Positions 60,321-62,590 of a stretch of 62,590 nucleotides of DNA are shown here, piece after piece (position 1 is the stretch's first letter; every line of letters begins with the position of its first letter). The translations under genes were made by a program, and so were the position numbers. The notes beneath the pieces are model-generated. The model made no database searches. It was not told the DNA's origin and worked only from the letters and a program-made list of their open reading frames with translations. Source of the DNA: Toensbergia leucococca (taxonomy: Eukaryota); NCBI GenBank assembly GCA_022813965.1, contig JALDZS010000060.1, forward strand, positions 62,001-124,590, given 5' to 3'.

Positions 60321-61212
60321 TTATTATCATCTTAAGCTCACAAAACTCACTATCTCACATCTCTTAAAAATGTGTGTCTTAAATATTTTTTGTTTCTGTT
60401 CAATAGCCTCACAATCTGAGTCTCTCTTTTTTTTTATCTTATGAATTGAATTGAATTGATTGATTTGATTTGATGCTGAGAAATAAGAGGTGAGAATGTG
60501 AGAGTTTAAGTTGATTATGTTGATGCGTTAAGAGAGATTTGACTCAGAGAATGAAGTGAATTGAGATAAAGTGTGAGCAAGAGAAGGGGGTGAGATGAGA
60601 TGTAAAGAGATTGTAAAGTGTGAAGTGTAAAGTGTAAAGTGTGAAGTGTAATGTGAGTGATTTCATGAGAGAGGGAAAGGGATTGTTGAGGTGAGGAGAG
60701 TTCATGCTGAGATGAAGTGTGAGAGAAGGGTTTGTTGAGAAGGGTTGTGAGATGAGATGTGAGAGTGGTAGATGGAGTGTGAGAGCGGAAGGGTTGCTGG
60801 GGTGAATTGTGGGAGGGGGCAAAAGGGGGGTCCTGTTTTAAGGGAGGGGTAGGGGGCGTTGGGGTTTGTTTGGTAGGGGAGGGGTTTTGAGGGTTGGAGT
60901 GGAGGAGGGGGCGTGGGAGATGGACTTGTGTTGGGTGCTTTTGACACTTTTGGGCTGATTTGGGGGAATTACTATTTCTGGGAAAGGGAGAGGAATACTC
61001 AAAAGCGAAGGGAGGCGGAAATGTGGGTAGCTGATCATGATAGTGATGGCTTGGTTGTGGGATTTCAAGACCTTGGGAGAAACCAAAGTCGTGGCCTTGA
61101 ACAAGAGCTATTTGATCAACGCTGGAACCCTGTAGCGTTTCGCCGCCATGAAAGGTTTCAATTGCCCAAATGCCACACTCCTCTCGAGATACCCATCGAA
61201 ATAGCATCCAAT

Positions 61213-62141
61213 CTAATACAGCCGCCGAGGTGGTGACATGGTCGCTTTGATGGTCAAACTGCCCACATTCTGCCAGCCCTTTTTGAGCAACGAGACCAGA
61301 TAGTTGATCGCTAGCATGATGTTGCCAATCAGCTGGTCCTCTGTCATGTCCACATGCCCCACCGCAACACCCATACACAGCACCTTTTTCAGCTGGAACT
61401 TGATCGTTGACTTGACCTCCGTGGCCTTGGCGTTCAGGTCTTCTGCGTGCGAAATTGGAGCGGGGAATTTGCCGGCTGTGGGAGTTTGGAAGGTAACGTT
61501 AGCCAAGTTGCATAGACATATAGATGAAATTTTGGTGGGGGGTGGGGCTGATTTATTAAAGTTGAAATGCTTACCCTTTGAGAGTCCGGGCCCGAGAAGA
61601 CGCGGGATCTGCTTGATCAGTGAATCCGAAGCCAGGAAAGCGTCGTATTTGCGGGCGAGTTTCTTGATGAGTTTTTTGTTCTTGTTGAGCTTTTTTAGGT
61701 CGTCGGCGGACATGGCGTCGATGCCTTGGTGCTTGGAGCGGTCGATGTCGTGTTGGTCGCCGAGAACGCTTCTCGAACAAAGACATTAGAGAGACTTTTT
61801 TAAAACAACGCTGACGATGAGAGCGATGGGATCGTACCAGATACTAATGCCGGGTCTTGGAACTACAGGCAGTCTCACGGTTCCGGAACTGGTGGCGCTT
61901 GTCAGCGACCTGGGAGGTAGGAAGTGGGGCTATACATACAATCGTTTATCTCTCTGCGGGTCATAATTCTTGAGGCCGATTTGCAACTCCACCTGAGGCA
62001 ACGTCAGAGTGTTTGGAGAATTGGAGAAAAGGATATGCGGGTCGTTACCGTCTCGAGGAAATTTCGCTTTTTCTCATTGGTGGAATATTCGAGGAGTTGC
62101 TGCACGTTGCCTCGCACGCCGGCGACGGTGATTTTCGACAT
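61213..62141 (-). CDS. RPL1: 60S ribosomal protein L1 / L10a (uL1)
   Basis: Five exons: [67 protein letters not shown]...[18 protein letters not shown]...[25 protein letters not shown]. Confidence 0.98.
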
Positions 62142-62590
62142 AATGGCTGGTAGGAGGTTGGGAGAATTGGATGGGGGGTGTCGACGGCGACCTTTATGGG
62201 ATGGAAGCGTTGTCTGGTGTGTGGGTTGTGTGGGAATTTTGGCTAGCGGCTTGTAGAGAGATAGCCGAAGAGACTAGGCCTGATAAAGTAAGGCTGTGGG
62301 GTATTGATACCCGACCACTGTCACGTAAATTTGGAAAAACATCACGATATCAACAACTTCATAAAAATTGCGTGTTGAATCTGTGAATTGGTATCCTCAC
62401 GTATGCGCTTTTCAAAGATCCGAAGCTGCCGTCTTCACTAGCTCAAAAGTGAGCTCTTTGTCGGATCCCAGCTGTCAAAATTCGTTCCAACGGTCGAGAC
62501 CTCCCCCCTTGTCATGACTCGAGCTCAGCAAACCATCTCCATTGGTCTCTTGGTGTCATCGGTAAGAATATATTCCAAATATCCCCCTAT

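Noticed and set aside
60515..61378. 287-aa ORF overlapping the RPL1 3' end
   Set aside because: Alternative frame of RPL1 running into G-poor low-complexity sequence; compositional artefact.
62310..62335. Homol-D box upstream of RPL1 (CTGTCACG)
   Set aside because: Two mismatches to CAGTCACA and not shared with the RPL13 promoter.
1..62590. tRNA, rRNA, CRISPR or telomeric arrays
   Set aside because: GTTCGA hits lack cloverleaf context; no rRNA signatures, repeat-spacer arrays or (TTAGGG)n seen by eye. tRNAscan-SE and Infernal would be decisive.

Overview
Eukaryotic DNA from a filamentous ascomycete (Pezizomycotina). Short GT-AG introns with CTRAC/CTRAY branch sites occur throughout; a lichen-forming Lecanoromycete is my inference from the secreted-protein families, not a database result. 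About 23 protein-coding genes can be built by hand. Housekeeping genes: glucosidase II beta, Rtf2, an MFS/MCT transporter, RPL13, an LRR protein, a GCIP-like protein, ARP6, fungal TACC, an MDR reductase, an OXLD1-like protein, a SmgGDS-like ARM protein and RPL1. Also present are a NACHT-ankyrin NLR, two Cys-rich secreted effector candidates and several conserved hypotheticals. Highlights invisible to the ORF track: (1) two tiny intron-split metallothionein genes (26 aa and 23 aa, different Cys patterns) in tandem at 37.2-39.2 kb; (2) about a dozen sharp C/A-rich to G/T-rich strand-skew inversions that rewrite even synonymous codons; (3) a hypothetical protein whose C-terminus resembles kinetochore CENP-P/Ctf19; (4) a gene built from three duplicated phase-1 exons; (5) a CAATTG-rich dispersed repeat forming inverted ends around a decayed coiled-coil ORF. 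No tRNA, rRNA or CRISPR array was recognised. All family assignments are by eye and from memory.
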